From Mesotaenium endlicherianum (lineage: Eukaryota): a stretch of 60,742 nucleotides of DNA. Under the pieces are notes generated by a model, which saw only the letters and a list, made by a program, of their open reading frames with translations, made no database searches and had not been told where the DNA came from. Below are positions 1 to 17,600 of the stretch, piece by piece (the first letter of the stretch is position 1; each line of letters starts with the position of its first letter). The stretch lies in the NCBI GenBank assembly GCA_009602735.1, contig WELA01003361.1, positions 1 through 60,742 of the forward strand. The letters are read 5' to 3'. The position numbers and the translations under genes are program-made.

Positions 1-240
1 GGGGGCTGTGCTCGTCTCAGACGCTCTGGTAGGAGTCTCCTTCAATGAACAGTGTCATGCTCAGGGAAAGCTGGAAAATCGTAATATGGACACATTCACA
101 AGTGTGAATGTATTTGCCATATACCATATATGTTGTGAAAGACACGTACGCATCAATTGCGCGTGTAAGTGTCCCACTCTTCCATGCATGGTTGGTCTCT
201 GACGGCTCTTTTGGGAGGGTTGGGAGGGCAGGTTTCAAAT

Positions 241-3200
241 ATGTCTCTGGAGGAGCAGCTGGAGGCATGCAAGGCCCGCCTCCGCCAGGCGGGTGCTGAG
301 CTGGAGGCCAAGCGGCGCAGCCTGACGGAGCACCAGGTGGCGCTTGCAGAAGCAGGCAGGGAGAGCGTGCGGGTGCAGAAGCAACGCCAGGTGGCCTGCG
401 GCGAGGCTGAGGCCATGCGTAGGAGCGCCCTGGAGTGCCAGGTGGTGCTGGCAGAAGCACGCGCCGAGACGGCCACGTGCAAGCAACGTTTTGCTGCAGT
501 GTGCGCTGAGCTGGAGGGCAAGCGCCGGCAGCTCCTGGAATGCCAGGTGGAGCTGAGCCGTGCGCACGGCCTGCTGAGTCAGCACCAGAAGAAGCACGCC
601 TCCGTCTGCGTTGAGCTGGAGGCCAAGCAGCGCGAGCTCCTGGAGCACCAGGTCCTGCTGGCGGCCAGCAGGGACAGAGTTGAGGTAATGGGCTTGGATG
701 GTGCCGCCCACCAGGACCGCGCAATTAGAGCCGTCGCTGAGCTGGACGAGGCCCGGGCTGAGACTGCCCGCCTGAAGGGCCTGCTGGCAGGCCAGATGGC
801 GGAATCTGCTGTTGAGCTGGCAGGCGCTGAGAGCGTCAGAGATGAGCTGGCAGAGTATCAGGATCGATACAAGTCGCTGGACTACCAGCTGGAAGGGGCA
901 CTGGCTGACCTGGCGGAGGCGGAGGGACAGGTGGCGGACGCTGAGCGCCGCTGTGCTGGCCTCGCTGCGGAGCTCGAGGAGAAGGATCGGCAGCTTTCGG
1001 AGCGCCAGATGGAGCTCTCACAGCGAGATGCTGAGGTCGCGGCGTACCAGAAACGGTGCAACCGAGTCACCACCGAGCTGGAGGCCAAGCGGCGCGACAT
1101 GCTGGAGCTCCACCTGGCGTACTCTGAGGCCTTTGCCGCGGCCCCCAAGGGTGTGGTGGCCGGGCGGCGCCAAGTCCTTGAGCTGCAGGTGTGTGTGTGT
1201 GTGCGTGCACTGTGTGCACATGTGGCCCCGCGTGCTCGTCTGTTGCATCTGCAGCCGCCTGGCTTCAAGAGAGGGCTGTGCGGTGCGCATGCTTGCGCAC
1301 GCGGGCGCGTGTGTGTGCGCGTATGTGTGCGCGCGCGCTAGTATTCCTAAAGAGCCCTAGTGGGCAGATTATCTGCTGTGAGAATGTCGTCCAGCTCTGC
1401 TCCTAATGAAGAGCAGTGGGCAAGATTAAGTACTAGCCAGCAAGCACCCCTTTCTCCCTCCAGAAGGAGCCCCTGCCGCGCCAGCACAAGCTGAGGGTTC
1501 GGGAAGGAGGGGAGGGCTCATGGGATAGGATAGGATGTAGGTCCATGATGGGTTCCTGGTTACGGATCGAGGCTTTTTGCGCAGTGGGATGCATGCAGGC
1601 TGCAGGCACAGAATCTGACTCCAAGACTAGACGGGTCTGTAGAGAGTTCTGGAGTCAGTCTGACCCTAGGTGAGTCTGGCTTAGGGCGACGCCTGGCTCG
1701 TCCTTCTCTGGTGTGTTATAGAAACTCATCCATCAACTCTATCTCTCTCCTGGCCCGTGCGTGTGTGTCTGCGTGCCTGCGTGCCTGCGTGCGTGCTTGT
1801 GTGCGTGTGTGCACCGCTCGTCAGCTGCAAGTGAAAAACTTGAGGGCGGAGCTCGTGGCGTCTCAAAATCGCCACCTGGCGCACGAGCGTGCAGGCCAGC
1901 TGGAGGCCAAGAAGCGCCAGGTGTTTGGGCAGCTGGCCCAGCTGGTGCAGCCCCGGGGAGGAGCACCCACTCCCGCGCATCCCCAAGTCTCCCCTTCGCC
2001 CTCCGCCTCCCCCTCCCCCTCCTCCCAGTCCTCTCCCAGGAGCCCGTTTGCGCTTCCCACCACCCCTGCTGCTGCCGCTGCTGCTGCCGCCGTGGCTGCG
2101 ACCGCAGCCCCTGCTCCTGCTGCTGCAGCACTTGAAGGTGAAGCAGCAGCAGGTGGTGCTTCTCCTCCTCCTGCTGCTGCTGCTGCTCTTCCTGCCACTG
2201 CTCCTGCTGCTGCCTCTGCTGCCCCTGGCGGTGGTGGCGATGGCGGTGGTGGTGATGGTGAGGATGCGGCTGTCGGTGCGGGTGCTGCTGATAGTGGTCC
2301 CAACGACAAGGCGGGCCAGACGGAAGCTCGCAATGACGTGTACAGGCTGCGGGGTGAGCTGGAGACCAAGCGGCGTCAGCTGCTGGAAGCTCAGGTGAGT
2401 CGTGCAATCAGTCTCTCTTACTTACTCACTCACACTTCTGTTCACTCACTCACTCGCTTGCCTTCAAACCGCCCAGTCAGTCAGTCATTCTGTCAGTCAG
2501 TCAGTCATTCAGTCTGTCACTGCCTCGCTGACTTCCACTCACACACAAGCTCGCACACTTACTCCCTCATTCATTCTCTTCCTCCCACTCAGTCCCTCAC
2601 TCTCCTTCAGTCACTCCGTCCGCCAGTCTGGCGAGCGTCGAGCGCTCCTCGCTTCGTCACTTCTATGCGGGCGTGCACACGCACGAACGCTCACATCCGG
2701 TCAAGGCTCCGTCTCGTGGCGCCTTGACTAGGCGGGGGGCGGCGCAGCATCGGCCATTTTGCTGGCCCATGGCTGGGACTGCAGTTGGGCTTGTGCCGCA
2801 GGCACTTACTGATTGGTGACGCCGTAGTCTGTGCTGGAGCAAGGGCATGGGCTAGGGGAGTTGGTACAAACCGGCCCATCCCGCTCTCCCTCCCTTCCCT
2901 CTCTCCCACTCTTTCCCTCCCTATCTCCCGCTCTCCTGGGCCAAGGCCCGTCCTTTGTGCATGAGAGTGTGTGTGTGTGTGTGTGTGCGTGCGTGTGAAC
3001 GGTGCAAATGAGTCTGTCCCAAAGTCCCCTCGCCCACGCAGTAAAGGCCACCCGCCCAAGCTCTTGCACCTCCACCAACTAAAACCTTCTCTCTGACCTT
3101 TCCCCCACCAGCGCTCATCTCACGATCCACGGGGGGGCCTCTGGGGAGGGCTGCTTCTTGGGGCAGGTGGCCCTGCAAGCGCACGTGTGCCCAGGCGGCG

Positions 3201-4177
3201 ACTTCCGGCTCGAGGCCAAGCGGGCGGCAGCCGCGGCCGAGAGCAAGGGCCAGCAGCTCCTCGAGGCGAATACAGCACTCGCCAGCACCGAGCGCAGGCT
3301 CGACATCTGTCAGCAGCAGGTGGATGCCACGCGCGCGCAGCTGGCGGCCACGCAGCGCGAGCTGCGAGCGCTGCAGGAGGAGGCCCGCGTGCTCAGGGCC
3401 GGCGCGCAGGCACAGGCGCGGGAGCTGGAGCAGGGGACCCCCTCCTCTGCGCCAGGTGGCGGCGCCACTGGCGGCGGCGGCGGCGCCAGCGCTGTCGAAA
3501 ACGGAAGCCCTGCTGCTACCTCTTCAACCTCCACCTCCACCTCCACCCCGCCCAAGCACGAGGTCGTGCCTGAGGGACCCAGCGCCGGCGACAAGAGCGG
3601 CAGCGACAGCGGCAGTGGGGACAGGAGGGAAGTTATGGCGACGTCGTCAGCAGCTGGCGCAGCGTCGGCTGCTGCGGGTGCGGCTGAGACGGCGGCGGCT
3701 GCGCTGAAGGAGCAGCTGATGGAGTACCAGATTCGGGTGACAGTGCTGGAGCAGGCGCTGGACCACTCGCGGCGAGAGATCCAGAGCATCCGCGGCGGCG
3801 ACAACGGCGGCGGCGGCGGCGGGGACGGCTACGGCAACGGCCACAACCACCCCAGCCACGTGCGCACGCACTACGGCAGCAGCCGCGGCGGTGGGGGCGG
3901 GGGTGGCGGGGGCGGGGACGGCGGCGACGGCGAGGGGGAGGGCGACGGCGGGGGTCCGGAGTTCCCCGAGGAGGAGTTGACCCCGCGGAGCCTGGTGGTG
4001 GAGCGGGTGCTGCTGCGCGTGCAGGGCGAGAACAATCGGCTCAAGGAGGAGATGGAGGACCTCAAGGAGCGCCACGAGGAGACGATGGCGGCGCTGCGCA
4101 AGCTGCAGGCGCTCGGCGGCGGGCTGTCGAGCCCCCGGCGCGCCTGGCCCTTCAACTTTTCGGGCTCGTCCTCTTGA
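241..4177 (+). CDS. Long coiled-coil protein with 35-aa (ELEAKRRQLLExQV) repeats and Ala/Pro/Gly-rich linkers, ~842 aa; may have further 5' exon(s)
   Basis: Exons 241-1188, 1825-2394, 3167-4177 join in phase 0 through GT..AG introns. Heptad-rich E/K/R/Q/L/A composition and high GC3. An in-frame CAG acceptor just before the ATG (~231) means the gene could start upstream of the window. No family recognised. Confidence 0.75.
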
Positions 4178-6520
4178 GGAGGCCGATTGCTAGGAGCCCG
4201 TGCCGGGTGCATGCACGTGGCCCCCTTTCCCGCTCTTGCTGCCAAGCCGGGTTCTGAAACAGGAATAGTTCCTTAGATCTCGGGCTCTTCTTCTCGAGCT
4301 TTATGGCTAGAGGCATTCATGTGCCTGCCCCCCTGTGCCTCCCTCCTCCCCCCACCCTCTACTACCCGCTCCCTGTCCCCTGCTCCCTGCTGCCAAGCCA
4401 GCTTTCAGTCTCCCCTGGTTCGTGCTAGTTCACCAGCCTGCTTGTCGCCTCCTGGAGTGTGACATCCAACGAAGTCAACGTGCTTGATGCTTGTTGAGCT
4501 TGTCTCACGCTCGTTGACGCTCAGTTATCGCTTTGACGCTGTCTGCAGATGTGTCTTTCGTGGGTATGTTTATATTGGACCAAGTTGGAGGGTGAAGTGC
4601 ATTAAGGCCCTTAGGTAGCCGTACATGTAGTACTTTTGCATATGCTTCATTGCAGTAGTATATATTTTTAATTTTAAGTACTTTCTTACTTATTCACATT
4701 GCTAGCTGGTGAATGTTGCGGTTCAAGTTGAAATGCTATGGACAAGGTAGACGAGGGAGAGGCGCGCTAGTGGCATCTTGTTGCTTGTGACGAGCCTCTA
4801 GCAGCTTACTAATTTGTTGAGCAAATATGTGTATATAAGCACCGCTATCAATATTGCTCTACTTAGAGGAAAGACACCCGCTTTTGTGGATGACGTGACT
4901 AGCTCAAATCAAGGAATACAAATTGCCTTTTTGAGGATTATGACGGATTCATAGGACTTGTTTTCATTCTCAGTACATTCTTTATGTCGGAAGAAAGTAT
5001 TAGTCGGACATCCATTGCCCTTGTCAATTACGTGAGCCCTTGGCGCCTTTTTAACCTTTTGAAGACATATGTAATGTTATCCTAGGACCTGTACGGCCGT
5101 AGTAGGCATTTTTTTGCAGACCCGGTTGAGTAGTACCCAACAACAACACCAATGTTCTTTCAACCTTTTGCATTATTGTCTCAAATTGAAAGACCCTATC
5201 TGGACTTCGTTACCAACTGTTGCAATGAGAGACTCTTGAGACGTTCCTATTTGATTATATTAGTGAATCGGTATTTGAGCAAAATATGCGTGGCAGAAAA
5301 CTGACGCACTATAGTGCTATTAACTGTGCACGTGCTGACCGGGCTTGGAAAGTTCATTCAGGGTGTTGGTATTCCGCATCCTCCTCCCCTTGGACAACAG
5401 ACCAATATGCTTGATATGGGTCGATGGCATAGTTTTCCCAAAGACATAGAATCAAGGTCAATAATCGGCACAACATGAAACATATGATACTGATTATCGC
5501 TAGCATCAACTTAAACCAAAATATCTGTCAACTTGATTCCTATTTGTGCCTTTCCGCCTCCCATTCCTCCTTCCATTTGTTCTTATTAGCCATTATCTGC
5601 TCCTATTGTCCTAATCAGTCCCAACGCCCTCCTCGAAACCACTCGAAACGGCGCGAAGTCGCCTAATTGTTTCTCATAGCCCTGCTCATTCCGATTCCCG
5701 TCCCACCAGTCCCGACTCCCCACCGTGCGCGATTGCAATTGCACACTTGTTCCGTGCCGCTTGCTTCACAAGCTTCTGAGACGCATCCAGTCAGGACCCA
5801 CCTAAGCACCTAAGCTCAATAATGAAGGGACTCGTGTGCGTCTGCACACGAAATAGGTGCCGTCGATGTGCACTTCGATTTGTAATCGTCGTCAACACAT
5901 CGGAGGCTCGTGTATTCGGCGCAGGAGCGTCACCCAATTTCACCTGTCCAAAAACACGAAATGCGAAATTATACTGTCTTCTAGTTAGAGAATAGTCACA
6001 TATATAGCAGCCCACATATAGTAGCCCTGTAGGTCTTACGTCACCAGTTAGCTTGCAAGCAATCATGCTTTTTTTTACAGACCGCTCACACGAATCTGCC
6101 TGCCAGAGTGCATTTTCCTCAACTTTTCTCAATTTTTTTTCACTAGTCGAGACGGCTCTCTTTCCGGAACAGTTGGAGATCCCACATGCGGCAAGCTCTG
6201 GGTTGTTGCTCTCGGCTGCTCTCGGCTCACCTCGGCTCATCCGGCTCATCGCGGATCCTCTGGGCTTCTCTGGGCAAACTCGCGGATGCTCGCGGACTCT
6301 GACTGGGCGGAGCCGAGTGTGCCCGGGTGCGAGAAGTGGCAGGAGCAAGAGAGACGAAAGATATTTAGCTCCCTTTCAAAGCGTCGTGGAAAGCATTGAA
6401 AAGCAGCTTCTGTACTTCCTCTTGCCGTCATTGTTCCACTTCGGAAGATTCGATCACGTCTAACTTCTTGGATAGCAGGCTAGCTATTTGTGAATCTGTC
6501 AATCAGTGCTTTTCTGCATC

Positions 6521-10422
<3,902 letters not shown>

Positions 10423-11643
10423 GAAACTGGGAGTTATGTGCGCTGTAATGGGAAGTGATAACTCAGATATTTGTTAAGCTTTATGCTATTAATAAATATG
10501 GTGTACCATATGGTAAAGCCTTATACTCATTCTTTGGACTAGTTGAATAAGCAGTTCAGTACTCGGTTGTTCGAGAGACGACCAAGGATAGTGCAGTTCA
10601 GAGAAATACGCAAATAAGTAGTATCCGATTCTCACGGTTTCGTCTTGGTAGCTTTTGAGATCATGCAGGTTTTCTTAATCTTTTTCTTCACTGTGTGTTG
10701 CACTCAAACGTTTCATTGAGATCATATCTGTTTATGTGGAGTATGACTTGTGCCGCTTTACCAAATCTGTTAAGTAATCACTTCCAGCGACTTTGTCTTG
10801 TCATTGTGGCAACATAGTCTGATGTGTTTATTTTGGTGCTGACCAAAAATCGGCCATCCTTTTCTGTGTCTTCATGCCCTGTCTGTCATCCAATAATTTT
10901 TAAATTTCTTCAGTCACAGCAGGATGAGACAAAACTACTTAACTCTAATGTGAACCTGCCTTCCATGGTGTGAACTTGGGAAGTACCAACAAGGGAAAAG
11001 AAAGGATCTGACGTGATAGACAGAAATATATGTACACTACTTTGAGAAGAAACATATTGGCTGTGAGACTTGCTTACGAGGTGAGCTGACAACAATTTGT
11101 ACATGGTTGTACGTATATGAGCTCATAGGATGAAGTGTGAAGGTAATGCATGAAGTGTTGCACATACAATCTTACGCTGCGATTGTGTCAGAATGAATAT
11201 TGTGCATTATTTGCCAAGAATTCCAGTATATCAAAGAACCACGCCCTCACAACTTACCTTTGCAACAGGCACATTGGTATCAAACTAGAATATAGCTGCA
11301 TCATGCAAAGTTTCAAGAACATGAATTTTCTTGAAAGAGATCAAAACACCCCAACACAAAAGTGGCAGTCAGATCTTATACTCGAATGCAACTTCTGTTT
11401 TTTTAGCAAGATCAAGTCAGTGGCATTAAGTAGACCTCAAATGCTATTTGCCACTTAAACACTGAACAGTCATTGAATCATTATGTACAAGATGCGCCAA
11501 CGGAGTCACATTTGACTCCTTCCCCAAATGGATCCATTTTATACAACAACATTAGCAGCTATTGTACAGAAATCCGTGACTTCAACCAAAAATAGTCATC
11601 TTCCTACTGGGTGCAACAATGGTGGGCCCAATTGGTGGTGGGA

Positions 11644-14600
11644 TCAAAGGTCCTGTCGCTTCGAATGACTTAAGTCAAGCTCAGGCATCATCCCAATATT
11701 GCGCACTTGCTCTGAGGAGGAGTTGGTCTGCAATCTGGAAAGGAGAAGGCGGACAACGTTCTTTGCGGCAACCGCTGCAGTCTCCATGGCGCTAGCAGCG
11801 CTTTCAAACGTGTTGATGTAGTATAGATGATTCGCGTCCAGAATGAACGACGAGAAGTGCTCCGGAGCATGGTAGTGAGGGTACGCCGCCCACTGCAGGC
11901 GCTTGGTCAGGTTCCTGCAACTGCAAATCACCATGGAATGGGGGGGAACAAAAAAACTCAAGTTGTTGAGTCCATCAAGTACTTGGCACAAAAGAAGAGC
12001 AACCGACGACAGATACCCACCCCGTCATGCTTCACACGTCACCTCCAATGAGGGCTTCAGATATATGGTGCGACATGTATGATCGAAATGACTCCAAGAG
12101 GCTACAAAATTGCTGTTCCCACCACTTTCACCCCACCTCCGCTCCCAGGCTCCCTTCCTCCTCCCCCAAGCTTAAGAGAGACAAGGCTAGAGCCTACATC
12201 TCCCAAACCCGCCCCCCCCNNNNNNNNNNNNNNNNNNNNNNNNNNNNNNNNNNNNNNNNNNNNNNNNNNNNNNNNNNNNNNNNNNNNNNNNNNNNNNNNN
12301 NNNNNNNNNNNNNNNNNNNNNNNNNNNNNNNNNNNNNNNNNNNNNNNNNNNNNNNNNNNNNNNNNNNNNNNNNNNNNNNNNNNNNNNNNNNNNNNNNNNN
12401 NNNNNNNNNNNNNNNNNNNNNNNNNNNNNNNNNNNNNNNNNNNNNNNNNNNNNNNNNNNNNNNNNNNNNNNNNNNNNNNNNNNNNNNNNNNNNNNNNNNN
12501 NNNNNNNNNNNNNNNNNNNNNNNNNNNNNNNNNNNNNNNNNNNNNNNNNNNNNNNNNNNNNNNNNNNNNNNNNNNNNNNNNNNNNNNNNNNNNNNNNNNN
12601 NNNNNNNNNNNNNNNNNNNNNNNNNNNNNNNNNNNNNNNNNNNNNNNNNNNNNNNNNNNNNNNNNNNNNNNNNNNNNNNNNNNNNNNNNNNNNNNNNNNN
12701 NNNNNNNNNNNNNNNNNNNNNNNNNNNNNNNNNNNNNNNNNNNNNNNNNNNNNNNNNNNNNNNNNNNNNNNNNNNNNNNNNNNNNNNNNNNNNNNNNNNN
12801 NNNNNNNNNNNNNNNNNNNNNNNNNNNNNNNNNNNNNNNNNNNNNNNNNNNNNNNNNNNNNNNNNNNNNNNNNNNNNNNNNNNNNNNNNNNNNNNNNNNN
12901 NNNNNNNNNNNNNNNNNNNNNNNNNNNNNNNNNNNNNNNNNNNNNNNNNNNNNNNNNNNNNNCCCCCCGGCCCGGCTACATTCAAGGTCAAACATTCCCC
13001 TGCAAGCGAGGGGGCCCACTCTTCTCCGACTCTTACCAAGCTCCCAAACTCTTCCCCGTCACTGCCCGTCAACTTCGCCTGGCACCTAGTGGCAATCGAG
13101 TTGGCCCTCCCAGATACAGAAATTAGAAGCAGGAGTGCAACAGTGCAACAATGGTGACGTGCCTCTTCCCAGGCCACACCAGATGAGCGGCCTCTGCTTG
13201 CCGTGCGAGATGGCCTCTGTCAGCCATGCCAGGTGGCTTCTGCTGGCCACACCAGGTGAGCGGCCTCTGCTGGCCGTGCCAGGTGGCTTCTTCTTCTCTG
13301 CTCACCTGAAGATGTCATCGAGGAGCGCGTCGGACATGGCAGCTCTGGAGAAGATCTTGTACGCGGCGTCGCCGGGCGCGTACGCTCTGAGCCTGCTGAT
13401 GGAGGAGAAGGGGACGGCCTCCAGCTCCAGCGTGCCGATCATGGCGGGCAGGCTGCTCTCCTCCACCCCAAAGTACGTCTGCGCAGGAGCATGCAGGCAG
13501 TCGAGATGAAACGACGAACGACGCACGATGACACGATGATGCGATGAACGACGAACGGTGAGAGATGGACGACGAGCGGTGAGCGACGAGCGGTGAGCGA
13601 CGAACGGCGAGCGATGAACTGCAAACGGTGAGCAATGAAAGACGAGCAGTGAGCGATGGGCGGCAAACGGTGAGCGAGGAACGGCAAACGGCAAGCAATG
13701 AAGGACAAACGGTGAGCAATGAAAGGCTGCGCCACAAGTAAGTATGGCGTTGCCTGGTGAGAGGTCAACAGGAGTGCGAGGGGTGTCGGAGGTGAGCCTT
13801 GGTGTGGGAGCTAGCTTCTTAGGAGAGACCTGCGGCCAGGGAGAGTGAGGCCCACTCCTGGTGTGAGTTAAACAACTGCCAGTACGCCGGCTACAAAACT
13901 CTACCTGCCCTCTCAATCATAGAACGCTGCTTACACCCCAAGTGCAGTTGGAAATGAGTGAGTAGGATGGAGCAGTTGAAGCGTTTGGAATGTATTGAAA
14001 GTCAAGACACCCCGCAAGGGGGCCTGGCCTCAGTCACAGGAGGACCTCTCACATCTCGCTTTGAGCATGAGGAGGGAGGCACATGGAGCTAGCTTAAGGG
14101 CAGAGCTATCTGCAGCACCTGCGGACCTTTTGCCTCCCGACGCAAGCTGCTTATCATGATGAGAAGAGCAGCACACAAGGAGGAGAAAAGAAGCAGGAAG
14201 GTGAGTAGGAAACGGAAGTAGGGACGGGCACATAGGCCCGTTTGGGGTCGGAGAGAGGGACAGGGAGAGGGATAGGGAGAGACAGAAGAAACAGACAGTG
14301 GCAGAGAGAGAAAGAAGGGGACAGAGGAGGGACAGAGAGAGGGGCAGTACACCGCCACACCACATGGTGAGCTCCCACAAAACGAAGGATTTTGCAAGGA
14401 GGAAGAAGATGCTTGGTGAGGTGTCTCTGTCTCTCTCCCTCCCTCCCTCCTTCCTTCCCTCTCTCTCCAAGGCACACACATGATTGATGAAGCCGCGGAC
14501 GAACGTCACGTGCGTCGTCTGGTACACTCGCCTCGGCACCTCCTCCAGCGGCGGCGGCCGAATCTCCAGCTCCGCTTCTTCCAGAGGGGTGGCTATGATG

Positions 14601-17600
14601 ACAGCGTCGCACGTGTGGTTGCCCACCCCCCCTTCAAGCCCTAACGTGTACCCCCCTCTCCCCTTCTCACTCTCGACCCCCTTGTCTTCCACGCTGCCGC
14701 TGCCGCTGCTGCTGCCGCTGCCGCTGCTGCTGCCGCTGCCGCTGCCGCTGCCGCTGCCGCTGCTGCTGCCGCTGCCGCTGCCGCTGCCGCTGCCGCTGCC
14801 ACTGGCACTCGTGCTGGCGCTGGCACTGCCGCTGGCGCTGGCACTGGTGCTGGTGCTGGTGCTGGCGCTGGCGCTGGTACCGGCGCTGGTGACAGACCGG
14901 ACTTTCTGGTGCAGGTGGAGGGAGACGTTGGAGGCTCTGAGGAGGCCCTCGGGGATGCGGAAGTTGCCACCCTTGACGGCCCAGAGCTCGCCACCTGTCC
15001 CGACGAGCGCCACTGCGCCGGCCAGGCCGCTGAGCGTCGTGTTCTGATTGTACTGCACCCTCGTGATCATCTGCAGCCGCCCACAGTCCAGTGGACATTT
15101 GTCACCTCATCGGCATCCGAAATCCAAGGCAGTGCCTCAAGTCCCACGTGGCCGCGGAGATGCAAAGCTGCCAAGAAGGAAGGGCTCGAATAGAGTCATG
15201 AAAGCAAGAGCCAAAGGATTGAGAGTCGTAGAACCGAGAGCCATAAACCGGAGAGTTCTAGAACTGAGTCATAAACGAGAGTCGTAGAATCTCACGTCTG
15301 CGTACGGACCAACGAGAAGCTGACAGCAAGTTTCAGGCCATCCTTATGTGCAAGTACGCAACTGTTCTCACGAGGAGCCCAATCAGTGTGCTATATAACA
15401 TCATGCATGTACTTTTATGTACGTATGTCTATAGATATATTTACATATATAATATATTATATATATACACATATATTTGTATATTATTCACATGCATGCA
15501 TCACACGTACACGTGTCTACGCAGAGTCTGGATATACAACCACATATGCGTGCGATTACATTACACATGCATATCAGGATATATATGCACACACATCATA
15601 CATGTGCACGTGCACTTATTTCTACAACAACCGGAAAACTAGCAGCCCCTGCTTATGAGCGCGCAAGAATAGAATCTCGGAGAGCTAGCAGGTGCACACA
15701 CGCGGCACGAGCCAGGCCGAGACAAAACAATCTTGAACAGAAGTGAGAGCTGCGGGGCGAACAAACTTTCCAGCAGGGGCTGGTTACATTAGAACCGTCG
15801 AACCATCCCCCAAAGCTGACCTCTCTCAGCGTTGGCACCTCTCAGTGTTGACAGTCCGCATGGCTCTTTGGTGGAGGCACAAGTGGTGCGCGGCAGACAC
15901 AAGGAGGAAGGAAGGACGTGTGAGGACGTGGGGGGGGAAGAGTTTTCGGAGGTGCTCACAGCAATCAGTTCGTTGATGAAGGGAGCACTCATGCCCTTCT
16001 TCAGGAGATACTCGTCGAACCGCACCTGCGTGACCTCGTAGAGGCCCACAGCTTGCAGCATCTGCGGGATGCCCTCGAAAGATGGGAAGTTTTTGTCGTA
16101 GAGCTGCAGCCACTTGCCCAGCGCCTCCTGGAAGAGCAAACAACAATACCGCTCATTATTACCCCAGCGTGTCATAGAACAGCAGTTTGACGCCTCCTGA
16201 AAAGCACCGCCAGTTCACTAAATAATTTCAGCGAAGGACTCTCAGTGCACCGATGATGTTGAGCTTATAGATAGTTAAAAAGATGGAGCATAAGTTCAAA
16301 GCTGCAGGCCTGCAGTCCCTCTGCGAGTGCGATTGATGAGTAAAATCAATCTCAAGAGGAATTCAAAAGCCATGTCAGGACAAGAATTAAGGTAGAGGAG
16401 CAGGGTGGGGTCCACCTCTACGCTTTTCTACATCAACAGATCCCTGACTTATTAAGAAGAGTGTGACCTTAGTTATGTACATACATATACAGACGTTTAT
16501 GTAACATACATATATATAAGGTATATATACATGTGTATATATACATATATATTGTACTTACAATTTCAAAATGCATGCATCAAATTACTATCCCTCGCCG
16601 ATCCAGCTGACTACAGTGGTCATTGCCATGCAGTGAAGATTCATACTTTTGAAGGACTCGCCAATATGCACCCTTCACCTCACGGCCAGTTCTAGTCATC
16701 CTCTGATAGCCTCTCAGAACCTTTCCATTGTGCATGTCAGAGATGCTCTGGACAAGGTGCTACACAATAACATGTCTCAGCTTCATAAGGACCACATCAC
16801 AACCCTCAAGAGTTGGCAGACATGACACCCACACTGGCGCAGCTCTGCATGTAGTACAGGTTCCAAACCCCGTAGCGCCAGATCAGTTGACTCGTGTTGA
16901 CCAGGTCAGCCAGCCTCTTGGCCATCCAGCCATCCCCATATGAAACCTCGCGGAAGACAAACTCTTTGCCGTTCCAGATGCCAGCTTCAGTGTCGGGCGC
17001 CTTCACCTTCTCCAGCCCAAGAAGGTCGGCAAAGTTTACCAGATGCAGGTTCTTACTATGGATGATGCTTGCCCCTGCCAAGCCAGACCACAAACACGTT
17101 TATTTCTCCCTCAGCGTCCACTATCGAGCATAACTCTTACTCCCATCCCCACCCCCTCCCTTCCCCCCATCATGCACATGTTCATCATCACCCAACTTGT
17201 GAAAGTGCAATAGCCTTGGAAAGGTCAAGATATTTGAAAAAAAAAAGGTGGATGCATATGTCGTAGCCTTTCAATCTTTTGCTCTGAGTTCTCCAGCCTC
17301 CATCTATGGCAGCCATATAGGACCAACACGTTGTTCACATACAGCAGATGAGACAGCTTAAGCAACATACTGTATCATCAATTCCAAAGCAAAAGCACTA
17401 TTTCATGACCTTAATCGACAAGCATGGCAAATTCAATAACAGTGAGGCAGCCAGCAGCCAGCAGCCAGCCCCAGAGAAAAGTGCCACATTGAGGCCAAGA
17501 AAATAGTTGGACAATGGAGTTGAAGGCTCTGCAGCAAAGCAGATACTAATATATGGCAAAGCATTCTAGGAAGGTTCTGCAAACATGCGAGATCTGGATA

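Noticed and set aside
17..4245. Many long antisense and alternate-frame ORFs over the coiled-coil gene
   Set aside because: Shadow ORFs from high GC3 and low-complexity coding sequence; no recognisable motifs.
5791..6463. 185-aa (-) and 136-aa (+) ORFs upstream of GapCp
   Set aside because: They overlap the presumed promoter/5' UTR and periodic repeats, with no protein-like motifs or splice support.
12027..13177. 300+ aa ORFs in the track here and at 36617-37986
   Set aside because: Artefacts of translating through N gaps.
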